DNA from: Entomortierella parvispora E1425
Lineage: Eukaryota; Fungi; Mortierellomycota
DNA length: 64,000 bases
Assembly (NCBI GenBank): GCA_020891255.1
Contig: BQFW01000003.1
Span: forward strand, 620,001 to 684,000
Direction of reading: 5' to 3'
The notes under the pieces were generated by a model. It worked only from the letters and a program-made list of their open reading frames with translations, was not told the DNA's origin and did not search any database. Of the stretch, positions 21,874 to 33,661 are shown one piece after another; positions within the stretch are counted from its first letter, which is position 1, and each line of letters begins with the position of its first letter. The translations under genes were made by a program, and so were the position numbers.

Positions 21874-24800
21874 ATGAATGTATTCAAATCTCTTGGAAAG
21901 CTGATTTGGGGCAACGAGAACAACCCTGAGCTCGTTCAAATTAGCTCTGGACAGTTTTACGTTTACACTTCTTCCCGCCAGAGCTCAAAGAAATGCATGT
22001 AAGTTGCATTGACCGTTTTCCTCAACCTCAATGCCCTTTTTGGCGTCCACCTCTAATTTGAGTACTGTTTACTGTCGCATAGCTACATTGACTCCATGGC
22101 AACCATCCGACGCACATCGCAGCCACACCAGTATCACTTGGCCGTAACCCGTGTTTTTGAGGAGGGTGAAGAGGCGCTTCAGGACGACGACCAAGACCGT
22201 AAGTCAGCAGCAGGGCAACTTGATGTCGAGAGATTTTAAGTGTTGAATACTTACATGAAATTCCTCTATTTAGTGGATGATGAGCGAATCTTTTTGATAG
22301 ACCAGTCCATGAGATTCAGAAAAGGGGTGTCTGCTGGCGCCACTACCTTCACTTGGCAGGGACTTTCAGCCGTAAGCACACGTTTTGATTGTACGTCATC
22401 TTTATTTGGAGCAAAAACCTCGGCACTCAACTCTCATTCTTTACATAATAGGACGATGCCGAACTACAGTATGAGTTTGTTTGCGATGACGAAACCACCG
22501 TGTTCACTGCGAACAACTTTGAAATCACTGTCTACCAATGCATGTACGAGCGCAAGTACCAAAAATCTCACTTCACAGCCGAGGAGGAAGCTTTTGAAGA
22601 GTTCCAGATCCTGTATGTCGCGATTTTAAGGTTTGACGTTCTTCAAGTGCCGCGCCTTCTTACGTATTTGGGCTGAAAGTTTTTATTTTTCAATTGGACT
22701 TATTTTCTAGGTCGCCTACGATGACTTCCAGGGCCGCGTCAACCTCTCCAGGAGCTACCAGAGCTGCAACGACCAAGGACGCACCAGTGAAGCATGAACC
22801 AGTTGTAAAGAAGGAGGGCGTGAGGAAAGGAAAGACCGCTGGCTCCAAGATTAAGCATGAAAAGCAGGAGGACGATGATCGTGAAATCGACAGACCAGAA
22901 CTGAGAGATGCTCCAGCAAAATACGAAGGTGTCGCCGAAGCCCATGGAGACCTGTGTCTTTTTGATCCGATGACAGACTTATTTATGGAACAGGCTACAA
23001 ATGTGAAATGCCAACTTGTTCGTACTGGACCATACAAATGTAAGTCATTTGTCGGAAAGTTACTCGATCCATTTACCACAATCTAACCATACACCACAAC
23101 TTTCACTCTTAGATTGGCTTGTTATTGCTGCCAGTGATGAAACTCAGCAGCTCGCTCAACCCTTGGAGCCAAGGATGAACCCCGTTTTCAGCGCAGTAAG
23201 TGAGACTAGCCCCTAATCGCAGAACAAAGAATCGACATGGAGTTACTGACACCGTTTAATTTTTTTAATAGACAAATATTTCGTTTATCTGGAACTACTT
23301 TGACGATAAGCAGCAGGTGTTCTCATGGCTGGTGCGATTCGCAAACGAAGCAGCGCTTAACAGTTTTCAGTCTGTCTTTGGTCAATGCATGTATGAAACC
23401 CTACATAAGACCTCATGGGCCAAGGTCGAGGTAAGGATTCTAAGAATGCTGAAGGATATACCCCTGTGGAAGCCAGCTTAAAACTAACGTGCTACCTGTG
23501 GCAATTTATTGTAGACCGCTGATCAAGGCTACATCATCAGCTCTCTTCGCGACGATATCGATATGAAAGATTCTGATTCTGAAGAGGGCGACAACGACTA
23601 TTCAGACGAAGAGGAGGAGGACGTTGAAGACGAGGAAGAAGAAGAAGAAAATGAATTCGGGAGCGACTACGACGAGGACGAGGATGAGGATGAGCATGAC
23701 GACTTTAACGATGACCAAGTGGGTGATAATACCATTAACAGCCAGCTGGCTGTTGGATATAAGGACCGCTCTTTTGTTGTACGTGGCAACAAGATTGGAG
23801 TTTTCAGGCACAACGACCGCGATGGTCTGGACTTTTCAACCACGATCAAAAACATCAGCAACTCCAAGGGTAAACAGCTTAACCCTTCAAAGGTAAGGAA
23901 CCAAGGAAGGATACAAGGATAGAGCTGTTCGTGACTCCCCGCCAGAAGCGCTTTGTTAAACGGTCTCTTATGTCATTTTGTAGATCGTTTTGCACGAACA
24001 AGACACGGCAATGGTGATGATGGACCCCACGGATCTGAATACAGCTTACAAAATGGATCTGGAGTATGGCAAGGTTGTGGAGGAGTGGAAGATGCCCGGA
24101 ACTTCAGGTGTTTTGAACCTTGTTGGCGACTCTAAATACGCACACACCACTGGCACTCAGACAATGATCGGACACTCGCACAACGCAATGTTCCGTGTGG
24201 ACCCTCGTCTCTCTGGATCAAAAATTGTGGAGAGCGCCTTCAAGCAATATGCCAAGGGCAACGACTTCACCTGTGCGGTAACAACAGGCGACGGAGGATT
24301 GGCAATTGCTGGCTCGAAGGGCGAGATCAAGTTGCTGAATACCATTGGAAAGAACGCAAAAACAGCTTTGCCTGGCATGGGAGACCCCATCATTGGCATT
24401 GACGTAACTGCCGATGGACACTACATTATCGCTACTTGCAAGACGTACTTGCTTTTGATCGACGCTCTCAATCCCGCCAACAAAAAGCTGGGTTTCAATG
24501 CCAGCTTCCCAGCTGACAACAAGGTACATCGATCTGTCTCCCTGTATGATGATTCTTCTGTACAGATGTAAGAGAGGTCAACACTAATAGTAATATCAAT
24601 CTCTCTTTATTAATGTTTACTCAACAGCCTAAAGCCATCAAGCTCACGCTCCAGCCTGAGCATGTTGCTACAATGAAGACAGAAGTTTCCTTCACACCAG
24701 CGCGTTTTAACACGGGAGTTAACGAGATCGAAAAGACAATTGTGACCAGCACTGGACCCTATGTCATTACATGGAACTTCCGTCGCGTCAAGAGTGGTCA

Positions 24801-24972
24801 TCACGACTATCAGATGAAGGAGTACGCGGACCATATTGTCGCAGACAACTTCAAGTTTGGCCAGGACCGCTCTATCGTTGTCGCTTTGCCTCATGATGTT
24901 ACTGCCCTTCCCACGCGCCACTTGACCAGTCCCGGACAGGCGTTCAAGGTCAAGAGAGAATCCCGCTGTTAG
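21874..24972 (+). CDS. VID27: Vacuolar import and degradation protein Vid27 (N-terminal domain, PH-like domain, acidic linker, C-terminal beta-propeller), multi-exon
   Basis: MNVFKSLGKLIWG start, acidic tract, SQLAVGYKDRSFVVRGNKIGVF, MDLEYGKVVEEW, IGIDVTADGHYIIATCKTYLLLID, RFNTG..EKTIVTSTGPYVITWNF, IVADNFKFG. Confidence 0.9.
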
Positions 24973-25166
24973 TTTAATGAGTATCAACAATAAAGAGAAC
25001 TTTTTATGTTTGGAACCATTGGTGCAATGCACCAGTTCACGTCGCGCGTCGCGCGGTGACTGCTCTGGCAGCACAGGACTGCTAAAAAAGTCAGTCACGC
25101 AACTTCACTTGATTTTTGTGAGAGATGTGTGGAACGACCTTCCACATCCCATCCACCATTGCCATT

Positions 25167-26382
25167 ATGATCCGGGACGAGTCTGCATTTGAAGCGCAAG
25201 TTGCTTTGGACTCTATTGCAGCCGTCTCAGCTGCCGTTAGTGCCCTTCCAAGTCATATTACGACCGTCGCACACATGACAAACAGCACTACCCCACCGGC
25301 AGGACCGCCGGAGCCTCGAAAGAAAGAAGTCTCTAGCGAAAAGGTTCGCATTGAGAACCGAGAGCGCAAGAAGCGTTGGAGAGAACAGAACGAGGAGCGC
25401 AGTAAGTGTTTGCACTGTCTTTTTTGCAGATTGAGGGGTCAGGCAAGGTTGAATGGAGATTACTTCTCGTTGGAGGACATCACTGGCGTTTTATTTCAAC
25501 AGCCTCTTTCCATCAGGAAATGGCTGGAAAGCCTGGTTTAGCTGTGTGTCTACCCTATTGGCGATGGCAATGGCTATAAGCATGCCTCTACCATCGCCAT
25601 ATGGCAGCGCTTTGGGCCCTGGCTCCTTCGTGCAGACTGGCTGGTCTTGTAAGCAGTCCAAACAGTCCCATTCCTCTCGTCCGAACAGGCTTCTGGGCTG
25701 GGTTTTCTTTTACTTTTTTTTCGGACACTGTTTTTTGGGTGTGACTGCAATTTTTTTTAAAGTTGGTGGCAACTCACTCCAAAGTCTCCCTCAACTGGTG
25801 CTAGACAAGGACAATGACCTGCGCTGCAGAGTAAACAAGCGCGCCAACAAGATGTTGGGGAATGTTGACAGTGAAATCAAAGCTCGTTGGATTGAAGAAG
25901 AGTTTGCCAAGCGCCAATGGAAACGGAAGGACAAGGAGAGGCGGAAAAATCCCGACGCAAGCTCGTTGGAACCGATGCCTCCACCAGTGTCTACTATCTC
26001 ACTCAGCGAGCAAATTGCAATCCATCAGCAACAGCAACAGCAGCAACAGCAACAACACTCAGAAACCCATCAGCAACAGCTCGCTCAGCTTCAACATGCA
26101 TTTGACCCCAAGACAGCGCTGGCGCTGAACGACTTGGTCAAAACAACGACCAGTCATCTGGATCTTGCTCAGATCACTGGAGTGCTGACGGACCCTGATC
26201 TGACACGCCAGCTGCTGGAGATGAATGCCAACAACCCTCAATCGCAATCGGCCACCTCTTTGATGGTCTTGACTGCGCCTGCGAAGCCTGAAGATCAGGA
26301 TAAAGGCCGTGTCATGGATGCAGAATATCCCATGGATGCAGTCCTTACATTGATGCAACTAAATGGCAGCTGGAAAGGCTAG
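25167..26382 (+). CDS. DUF3020-type basic helical protein with polyQ; exons ~25167-25401 and 25805-26382
   Basis: Splicing GTAAGT (25402) to CTAG (25804) yields EKVRIENRERKKRWREQNEERNKDNDLRCRVNKRANKMLG..SEIKARWIEEEFAKRQWKR, the pattern I recall for fungal DUF3020. Start codon is uncertain (25125 or 25167). Confidence 0.78.
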
Positions 26383-27039
26383 CTTGGATGTGTCTTCACC
26401 ATACCACCTCCTCCTTCTTCTCGCTGTTTCGGCGACTTTACTTTCACACTTTCAAGCTCTCACTGCATTCCATATTCCTGACTTGATCCTCTGTGTCACA
26501 ACGCATCATATCCGCCCTCTCCACTCCCTTCATATCCACGCAAAAGTTTGCCTCTGGGCTGCTTTTGTGTCATTCCAACCACCCAAATTTCCCACCACTT
26601 CTCCACTCCCCTGTTTTACCATAATAAATGTACTAGTGTATCCTACATTTGCATGCTTCCATATCGTCTCGCACTTGAGATTAAACCGAGCTGAGAAAAG
26701 CAGACGCTGGGTGGGGATCTGCCTGCAACATACGACGGAAACTCCCAGCGCTGGCACGCTTAGTCGTAACTGAGATGACACAGCGGCCAATATGACGTTG
26801 ACATGCTTTTGAGAAAAAATAAAGTAGCTGGTAACAGAACTGACATAACTATCCAAGAAGGTGCGTCAAGAGGAGGTACCTGCCAATGCTCAGACTCAAG
26901 AGATAACGGAAACAAGCCTGATCTGCTCACAGGCCAGAGAACAAGAAGGGAGAGAGCCAAGGCAAAGGCAAAGGAGCCAAAAAAAACACGTCTGGTGGGT
27001 GGCACAGAGCATCAGCAGTCCAAGGGTCCTTTTTTGGGG

Positions 27040-27084
27040 CAGACAGACAGACAGACGGACAGACAGACGGACTGACTGACTGAC
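27040..27084 (+). repeat. Compound tetranucleotide microsatellite (CAGA/CGGA/CTGA)n
   Basis: cagacagacagacagacggacagacagacggactgactgactgac, about 100 bp upstream of the next ATG. Confidence 0.85.
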
Positions 27085-27183
27085 CAAAGTCGCTCCTTCA
27101 TTCTCTCCCCATTCATTCATCACTTGTTTGCTCCATTCCACCCGCTCATCCTCCAGGCCTGCCCCTCCTCCACTCACATTCAC

Positions 27184-29910
27184 ATGGACATTCGCCAGGA
27201 GACCAGGCAGGGAGCCCAACCACATCACAATGGTATCCCTCGGGAGAGCAATGGCCAAAACTCAGACCATACCGAACAAACACCGTTGCTGGCAAACAGC
27301 AGTAGTGGTACTACAGCTTCGCCGAACCGATACTCGGACGATGCAACTGTAGCGGAAGCAGGAGCAAGAAAATCAACGACAGCTACTTTGGAGCGAACAG
27401 TAGGGGGCCGCCTCCTGCATTGCGGCAAGAAACACTCTCGATTTGTCAAGGCCATCGGCGCATTGTTGGTCCTCTGTCTCTTGGCCGTACTTCTCTCGCC
27501 ATGGGCTGCCCAGCGGGTTCTGGACCGGGCTATGGTCCTGGAGATCCAACAGACCGAAATTTATGACATGGATCAGACTGGCTTCCAGATCCACCTCTTG
27601 TCCTCTGTCCACCTGGATTCAAGTCGGGATGGCTTCATGGGACTGACAAAGATCCTAGAGGTGCTGGTTAAGCCGACGTTGACGATCAAGCCCACCATAC
27701 TGACGTTGGCGGTGCCCAATGAAGAAGGCGGTAGGAAGGATAGGAAGAGGAGGAAAGACGTTGACTCTGAATACGACATGGCAGAGTTCAAAGTGGAGAG
27801 GCAACAGCTCCAGATGGGCGAGTCTCTGCAGCTCAATATTTCGACCCATGTTGCCGTGACAGACTCGGCGCTGATGGCCGAGTTCTTTGGCGAGACGCTT
27901 GATCGATCCACGGTCGATCTGGTTGTGAGAGGCAACATCTTGACAAGACTGGGGCCACTCTGGTACGTCAAGCTGCGGATTAACAGGCTTGTTGCATTGG
28001 AGGGGCTGAGGGGCGTTCAGGATGCGACATTGGTTTCGATGGCATTACCAGACAATCACCCACAAGGGGGAATCATCATGTCTGGAGTTGCGAGGATTAA
28101 CAACCCCTCCAAGGAGGTCTCGCTTCGCATGGGACCTGTCTCCTTTGGCATCTTCATCCCGACCAAGGCACACCCGGAGACTGACTTTTACAAGATTGCA
28201 GAGATGGACTGCCAGGGTCTGCAACTCTTAGCTGGACAGGTGAATGAAGTGATGCTTTCGGGAAGACTTTTGCATCTTGATGACTGGGCGCTATCAGAGA
28301 TGAGCTTGTTGAGCGATTCCCAAGGCTTTGACAAAGGCGCTGGATCCGAGAAGCAACTTTTGCTTGGTGAGCTGTTATCAACGTTCATTCGAGGTGAGAA
28401 TTCGACGATTCAGGTCCGTGCTCTTGCCAAAGACCCCAAACTTCCTCCTTGGCTGGCCGAGGTTTTCAAGACGATTGTCCTCTCCATGACATTCCCCGGT
28501 TCGCCTAACAAGGACGATTTTATCAGAGCTATTGGCATGGACGATCTTCAGTTTGGTTTTACGGATGATAGCAAGTCAGCACTGCTGACGGGCAGACTAT
28601 CGACAGAGCTTGCTTTGCCACCCAATGTCACTTTCCCGATCAAGCTGCTTAAAATGAAGCCAGTCGTGACCCTTCGACCATCCAAGGATGGTGTTGATAT
28701 GGCGTCACTGGATGTTCTTGACTTCTTGCCAACAGTCAGTCAACAAGAGGGCACGAGCCTCAAAGTGGACCTGGAGCTCAAGCAAAAGACGGTCAGGGTC
28801 CTTCCCGGTCGTCTTGCTGAGTTCAATGCTTTTTTGAATCGATCGTTTACAGAGGAGTCGATTGAGATTGGTATCGCGGGTGATGCCCTGGCCGTGGTCG
28901 AGACGGGTCTTGGGACATTTGAGCTTGGCCCCATCTCCTTTGCGGTTGCCACGAAGCAAAAAGGTATGTTCAATGGATCTTCAAGCGTTGCGAGATTTAG
29001 GAGTGCACATCTCTGACTAACGCCTGTTCCCACAAAAATAGGTCTTGGAGGTCTGATCAGTGAACCTCCAGCACTCTTGGGCTTGGATGTCATTGACAGT
29101 ACAAACCACTCTCTTACTATCAAGGCGACATTGGTTCTTTGGAACCCCTCTCACATCAGTGCGAGTCTTGGAGACGTCTCATTCCTCTGGTCGCATACTG
29201 GCTTCGTGGTAGGAATGGCCACTGTTCCAAACTTGAACCTAGTTGCTGGCAATAATACCATTGAATGTTTTGGTATGATGAACCCTGCGCTACACTGCAA
29301 GCGAAAAGGACCCAGCGACCCCGAGTGTGACCCAGAAGAGGCTCGAAACGCATCTAGGGCCTTTATTTCAAAGTACATATCTGGCGACAACTCGACCACG
29401 ATTGAAGTCTTGGGCTACCCAGGCTCAACCCATATTCCCCTGTTACAGCCGATGCTATCCGAGTTTACCATTTCGTCTCATTTGCCAGTCATTGACCAGG
29501 ACTTTTTAATCTCGGCAACCATGTACCTCTTGTCGTCAACGCTTGTGTTGGAGCTGAAGAATCCCTTGGACACAGAGATCACAGTGCTCTATGTCAATGG
29601 TACTGCATCTTATAAGGATGAACGACTGGGACATATTCTTGTCGACTTTGAGCATGATATTGCAAGTCCGAAGCCGATTCTGATCCCGGCAAATGATCAC
29701 CAGGACGAGAATTCTGGATACGTCAAGACGCCGAGGTTACCTGTGGCCTTTGATATCTCCTCGGTCGGCTACGAGGCGTTGAAGAAAGCACTGGGTGGTT
29801 CTTTGGAGGTTGACGTGATTTGCCACATCAAAACTCGGGTGGGCAACATGGAGATGTGGGTCGACTTTGTTAAGGACGGCGTCCAGGCGGAGGTCAGGAA
29901 GGGCTTTTGA
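27184..29910 (+). CDS. Type II single-pass membrane protein with repeated beta-sandwich modules (DUF3712/Tag1-like); exons 27184-28963, 29042-29910
   Basis: Cytosolic N-terminus with ETPLL-like motif (EQTPLLAN), one TM segment (IGALLVLCLLAVLLSPWA), then recurring beta-rich segments such as INNPSKEVSLRMGPVSF, LWNPSHISASLGDVSF and LKNPLDTEITVLYVNG. One GT-AG intron, 28964-29041. Confidence 0.7.
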
Positions 29911-30305
29911 TTGTAAAACACACACAATCATGAAGGGTCGTCTCTTGGAGACAGCAGCCATGTCCCTGAGGACAGGGACAGCTCAATCATTGTATCAATA
30001 AATATGTACTATACCAATGCGCCCATGTGCCTGTCAATACGGCCGATTTCTGTCTACGCAATCAAACCCAAGACGTGCGAAGAGAGCCCGACGCGTCGAC
30101 ATCTGTCCACGTTCAGCTATGGCTCACAGACATAATCTTTGTGCCGAGATGCATTACTCGGTTCACATGCTTCAATCGATGGTCCACCCTTGTAGGTCAT
30201 TACGGCAGATTTTTTTATTCCTTTCGTGCCTTTTTCAAGGAGTGCTGTGTTTGAGAATGTTTTTAGGAGGAGTACCCATCTATCGTTCATGAGGGGAGGT
30301 TTTTT

Positions 30306-32071
30306 TCAAATGTGGGGGATGCACACGGCGGGTGTGGCCAAAGTAGGGCTCTGGACCACTGGAATCGCTTTGCTGAACCCAAAGAAAGATCCTGTCAACT
30401 GCAGGGCTGCGTTGCCATCCAAGCTTGTGGCCACGTTATTAGCAGGACACAACGTTGTGCTATCTGTGTCCCAGTGCGTGTTGACGTCCACGTGGATAGG
30501 GGAACCAATTCCGGCCGAGAGGGCCGTAAAACCAAAAACGTTGAGAGCCATCCCAACGGAGGGAGCCACCGTCATTCCGATGCTGACAGCGGCCGTTTGT
30601 CTTGTTTGAGTCGAGCTATCACTCCCGACATCGCGCTCTTGAAGGCTCAGGGAGCGCTTGCGCTTGGAAGCGGTAGGCAGCGTGCAGGTACCGAACTGGA
30701 TGGTCGGGATTTGAGTGAAGCTGCCATTCCAATCAATGATCCAGGGACAGCTGGCCGAGCTTCCGGTGTTGACCAAGACATCCTTGGTAGCCTGTACCAG
30801 GATAGCGACCGAGACCGCTCCAGTCAAGGCAACGTTGGCACCCATGTCAAAGACACCGGGAACACTGAACCCAAGGAGAGGGATAGGGGTCATGAGGTTA
30901 AACGAAGGTGTCGTGACATTGATGTTGGTGAGCGTCAACATGGGGTTGCCGTTTCTCTTGGAAAGGGTACCACTGTTCTTGACGGACACCTGAGCCTGAT
31001 GGTTGATTTGGGTCATGCCAGAGATCTTGGAGTTGGAGATGCCCCACTTGGCACAGTCCATGCTGCCAGTAAAGATGTTTTTGATACACGTCTGTGACCA
31101 AGACATGTCGGCTTGAGCTATTTTCAGTTGGGAAAAAAAACGAGAGAGAACGCATCAGACGACTGAAGGACGAGATTGTAGAGTTGTAAAAATCAAAAAC
31201 CAAAGATGTTACCATAGCCTTTCACGGAGCTTTGATCCATATTGGCGTTGACATTTTGATTCGAGATCAGACCCGCAACCTGAGAGGTGGCAGACTGCAT
31301 GTCGTGTTCATAATCCCACATGGGACCCTGTTGCTCTCCTATCGAGCGTTTCGAAAAGTACAAGGGGATCATCTCATCCAAGGGTCGGTGATTGATCCGA
31401 ACCGACTGAGCGCGATTTAACTGGGACCAAAGATTTGTCTGGACAACCGTCAAACTGACGGTATTGGGGTCCTTGGCATCCAAGAACTGAACATTCTTGA
31501 CCATCTTGACGACCGTCTCCAGTGGATGCTCTTTGATCCACTTCTTGGCTTTGGTATCCAAGTCCTGGTAACATGCCGGGTTCTTCTTGAGATCCACGAA
31601 GTCATGAGGGATCACTATCGCAATCACTTTCGAGGGGGACAAGTTCCAACGACGGACCTGGTTTGCAAACTCAGAGGCCAACTTCAAATGAAACTGGGTT
31701 CCCGAGCAAGAGATGGAGTTGACCGCGTGCTGAAAGGCATAGGGATTCAAGGATTGGACAGTGGATTTTCCATCCTCAGACTTGAGTTCCACGTCCATAT
31801 CGACATGGTGACATGCACCATAGTTGCCCTTTTCGGCATCAATGAACCGAAGTTGAATACTATCCTTGGGTTGGAACTTGTTCAAGGTTCGTTTACGACC
31901 AGCGTTCGAACGAGGCATCAAGTGAATGGGGACAGACTTCATGGGTACCCCTTCTTGATCAAGAGCCGCTGCCACAGCATCTGCTGTTGGGTCTGCTAGG
32001 ACGGGTCTGTCAAGGAGAGCGAGACATAGGAGCCAAGCGCACGCAATGGCGCTTACATGACGACGAAACAT
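30306..32071 (-). CDS. Secreted hypothetical protein, 556 aa; exons 32071-31213, 31117-30306
   Basis: Signal peptide MFRRHVSAIACAWLLCLALLDRPVLA, several Cys, beta-rich S/T/G/V C-terminal half. Intron GTAACA..TAG joins the two long ORFs in frame (1671 nt). Confidence 0.82.
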
Positions 32072-33661
32072 AATCGTTGCTGTGATGGAGAAGGAGGTGG
32101 TAAATGGAGTGAGAGTAGACTGGTGTCTGGGAACGGGTATGAATATGGGGTACTGGTATGAGGTACAAGGTGGAGTCGCGTTGGCTTTGAGGAGGGAGAG
32201 TGGTGGTGGTGGAAGGTAATGAATGGTGATTGAGTGTGCAGAAGTGCTGAGGACGCTCGATGTAGCGAGGGCAGGAAGGGCCAACAGTGGAGATCTTTTT
32301 GGAACTGATCTTCAGCTGCTGAGGGGAGATATATCCCAGGGAGAGGGAGGGGAGGATACAGAGACGAGGGTGAGGGAGTAGAGGGGAGACAAAGGAGGGA
32401 AAGAAAAAAGGTGCTAAATGGAGTTTTTCAAGTCCGGGGGATCGGGGACAGGCCTGTTTTTATGTACCGAGAGTAGTCGATCGGTCGAAGATGCCTCCCC
32501 TCCCGTGGTGGATTGTTCAATATTGTTGGGAGAGCATTGGGGCCAATCCACACAATATGAAATATGGAGAGAGAGGCCCGAGCAGGAGCAGGCGTGGATA
32601 AGCTCGCTTGCTCTTCCCAGAAGAGGTCGTGTTTGAAACGAAGGTTGTTGGCCCTTCTCGCTCCCTGCCCCATGCCCCATGCACCTGCAGGTGCAAATAA
32701 AAGAAAATAAGAGTGATCGGACTAAGGAGAGACAGACGCCCTGATCGAGTCGCTTCCTCTCTCCTGGCATTCATCCCATTTGCTTCTCGTGTTACATTGG
32801 ACCATTGGTGCCTGAATTTAGAAATTTACATGCAATTTGTAGGTATTCCCGATTGAATAAGCCAAAGAGGAAAGAAAAAAAAAGCGCTAAGCAAATGTCA
32901 AGACTTTGCTTCAGCCAGCCGATCCTCTGCTACTGTTTACAACTTTCAAGGAGCAACACAATCGGACCATGGTCGCCCAGATTCCATCCAGATGGTTGAC
33001 CAATCTCAATGTTGCACAACGGGCATTTCTTGCAAACTGTGAGCCAAAGTCTCGGCAAGATAGGCTCACCCCAAGATCCCACCCATGGGCAATATATCGT
33101 GTTCTCGATTGGCCCACCCACCAAGCTGTTGCATGTGCAATCCATGGCTCTTTGGTGCCGTTTTTCCAGTGATCATAAGCAAGGAGATCTGTGTCGGTGA
33201 ATTTTATTGACATTTTTTTTTAAAAAAAATGGCGGGAAGAACGCACTGACCGCCTCTTTCCTTGAACCAGTCGTTATTCTTCACCTTTTTTTCTCTCGAG
33301 CATTCCATCCATTGCACCCCTGAAAGGCTAGCTCAGCTCCACTCCTCAATTCTTTAGCCAAGCCTTATCCCTGGACGTCTATATCGTGTTGGTTTTTGTG
33401 AAGACCAGTCCATCTTCAACTTAAATACTACTTGAACTTACTCCTGTTCTTCCTCTCCCTCTTCCTCTCTGACAATTCGGGTGGATGCAGTAGAGACAAC
33501 TTTTGAATACCCTCCAAAGTCCAAGTCTATAGGTTCAATGACGTCCAAATGGTAAAGAAAACACCGCCATCTCCAAGGCACGCACGTAGAAATACAATTT
33601 TAATGTCGAGATGAATATATATGGTGTTTTACATGTCAAGCTCTGCCTGCACTTCTACTAG

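Noticed and set aside
32805-33213. Short ORFs in the 1.6-kb interval between the secreted protein and the ZAP1-like gene
   Set aside because: Overlapping 60-100 aa ORFs on both strands with no recognisable motif or convincing splice structure.
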